DNA of 64,000 nucleotides from positions 26,474,001-26,538,000 of the forward strand of contig OZ231126.1 in assembly GCA_965153355.1 (NCBI GenBank). Reading direction: 5' to 3'. The stretch's first letter is position 1; each line of letters starts with the position of its first letter. The notes under the pieces are model-generated. The model made no database searches, was not told the origin of the DNA, and saw only the letters and a program-made list of their open reading frames with translations. Both the position numbers and the translations under genes were made by a program. This document shows positions 62,949 to 64,000 of the stretch, piece after piece. Source of the DNA: Flaccisagitta enflata. Lineage: Eukaryota.

Positions 62949-64000
62949 TAGCTTTATTTCTTCGATCAAGATGATTACAGAGAAAAGTATTTTCGTCCCG
63001 TCACTTATATGAAGACGGTCTTGCTTTTATCTTTGTTTTTGTTTTTTTTTTTCTCTAAATATCTTTATAAGTTGTTTTCGTTGTTTCGAAGTTTCAAATT
63101 GAAAAAAACATTCACGGAAGTCGAGCAGACTGATTGAGAAAGTGAAGATAAAGAAGTACTCTGAATAATTAAACCGTGAACTGTGATTTGTACTTCAGTG
63201 ACGAACTCGAACGAATTTGTTTAGAATTGTTAAAATTTGGAATTTAAATCGATGCTCACATCGGCCACTTTGTTTTCAATTCCGATTCAGCATTTCTGAT
63301 AAGGCGGAAGACGATAGAAGCGATCGGTTACTAGTTGGTTGGTAACCATGGCAAACAAAAAAAGACAGTTACTTCAATGTACTCCTACGCACTGATTTTT
63401 TTGATTTGCTGTAAATCCTTTTAGGTAATAATAGTGAATCAAATTACAGGGTGTATCACATCAAACAGGACAAAAGAAAACGATGTATTTTTGCTTCTAG
63501 AAGTGCAAAATCATTTCTGAAAACTGTTTCTAAAAGATAACTTCAGACGATTTTTGAATGATACAGACTTTTGCTAGTCATGGTTAACATATATCCTCAG
63601 CAAAACCATGAAAAAATGCCTTTTTTTAGCAAAAAATGCTAATTTCTATCCAAATTCAAGGTTTTTCCTTAGATTTTTCAAGTCATATTCACATATAGAT
63701 GACAAAAAATGGTCAGAAATGTTTGTCAGTTACGCTAGGACACTGAAGGTTGGGATTCCCTCATGACCTTTGTCAAAATTGTATCATTCAATATAGTTAT
63801 TGAAATTTTTATCAGCACACAAACTTTTTTGTAATGAAACTTACAAAAAAAATATTCTGAACCTCACCTTTTTGTTGTTTTTACCTCACATTCTTTCTTT
63901 AATTCAAGACCAAGTATTGCAGTTTTGTTTTTTTAGATGAAAAGTCAATATACAACAAAACAAGCAATAACTAAAGTAAAAATATAAAGGCTTAAAATTT

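Overview
Repeat-rich, AT-rich eukaryotic DNA, most likely from an invertebrate animal; no prokaryotic features. (1) 1-14862 is a ~1.54-kb higher-order tandem array. Each unit is two ~480-bp monomers plus a ~585-bp TIR element inserted at TA in every second monomer junction. (2) 14.9-45.8 kb holds four co-oriented minus-strand paralogues of a ~760-785 aa signal-peptide/membrane glycoprotein. One has an intact single coding exon (43547-45838), two are frameshifted, and one divergent copy appears split by a 9-kb intron, a 28-nt micro-exon and a 66-bp intron. By eye their motif order resembles class I viral fusion (paramyxovirus F-like / Env-like) proteins, but without a recognisable fusion peptide and with no gag/pol/LTR nearby. 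This suggests a domesticated, amplified viral-envelope-derived gene family (inference; needs profile or structure searches). (3) The rest is MITEs (Tc1/mariner-like, hAT-like including a self-nested copy), Helentron/DINE-like repeats, micro- and minisatellites, and a 4-unit ~1.5-1.75-kb tandem array at 51.6-58.1 kb. Most short ORFs in the track are repeat artefacts.
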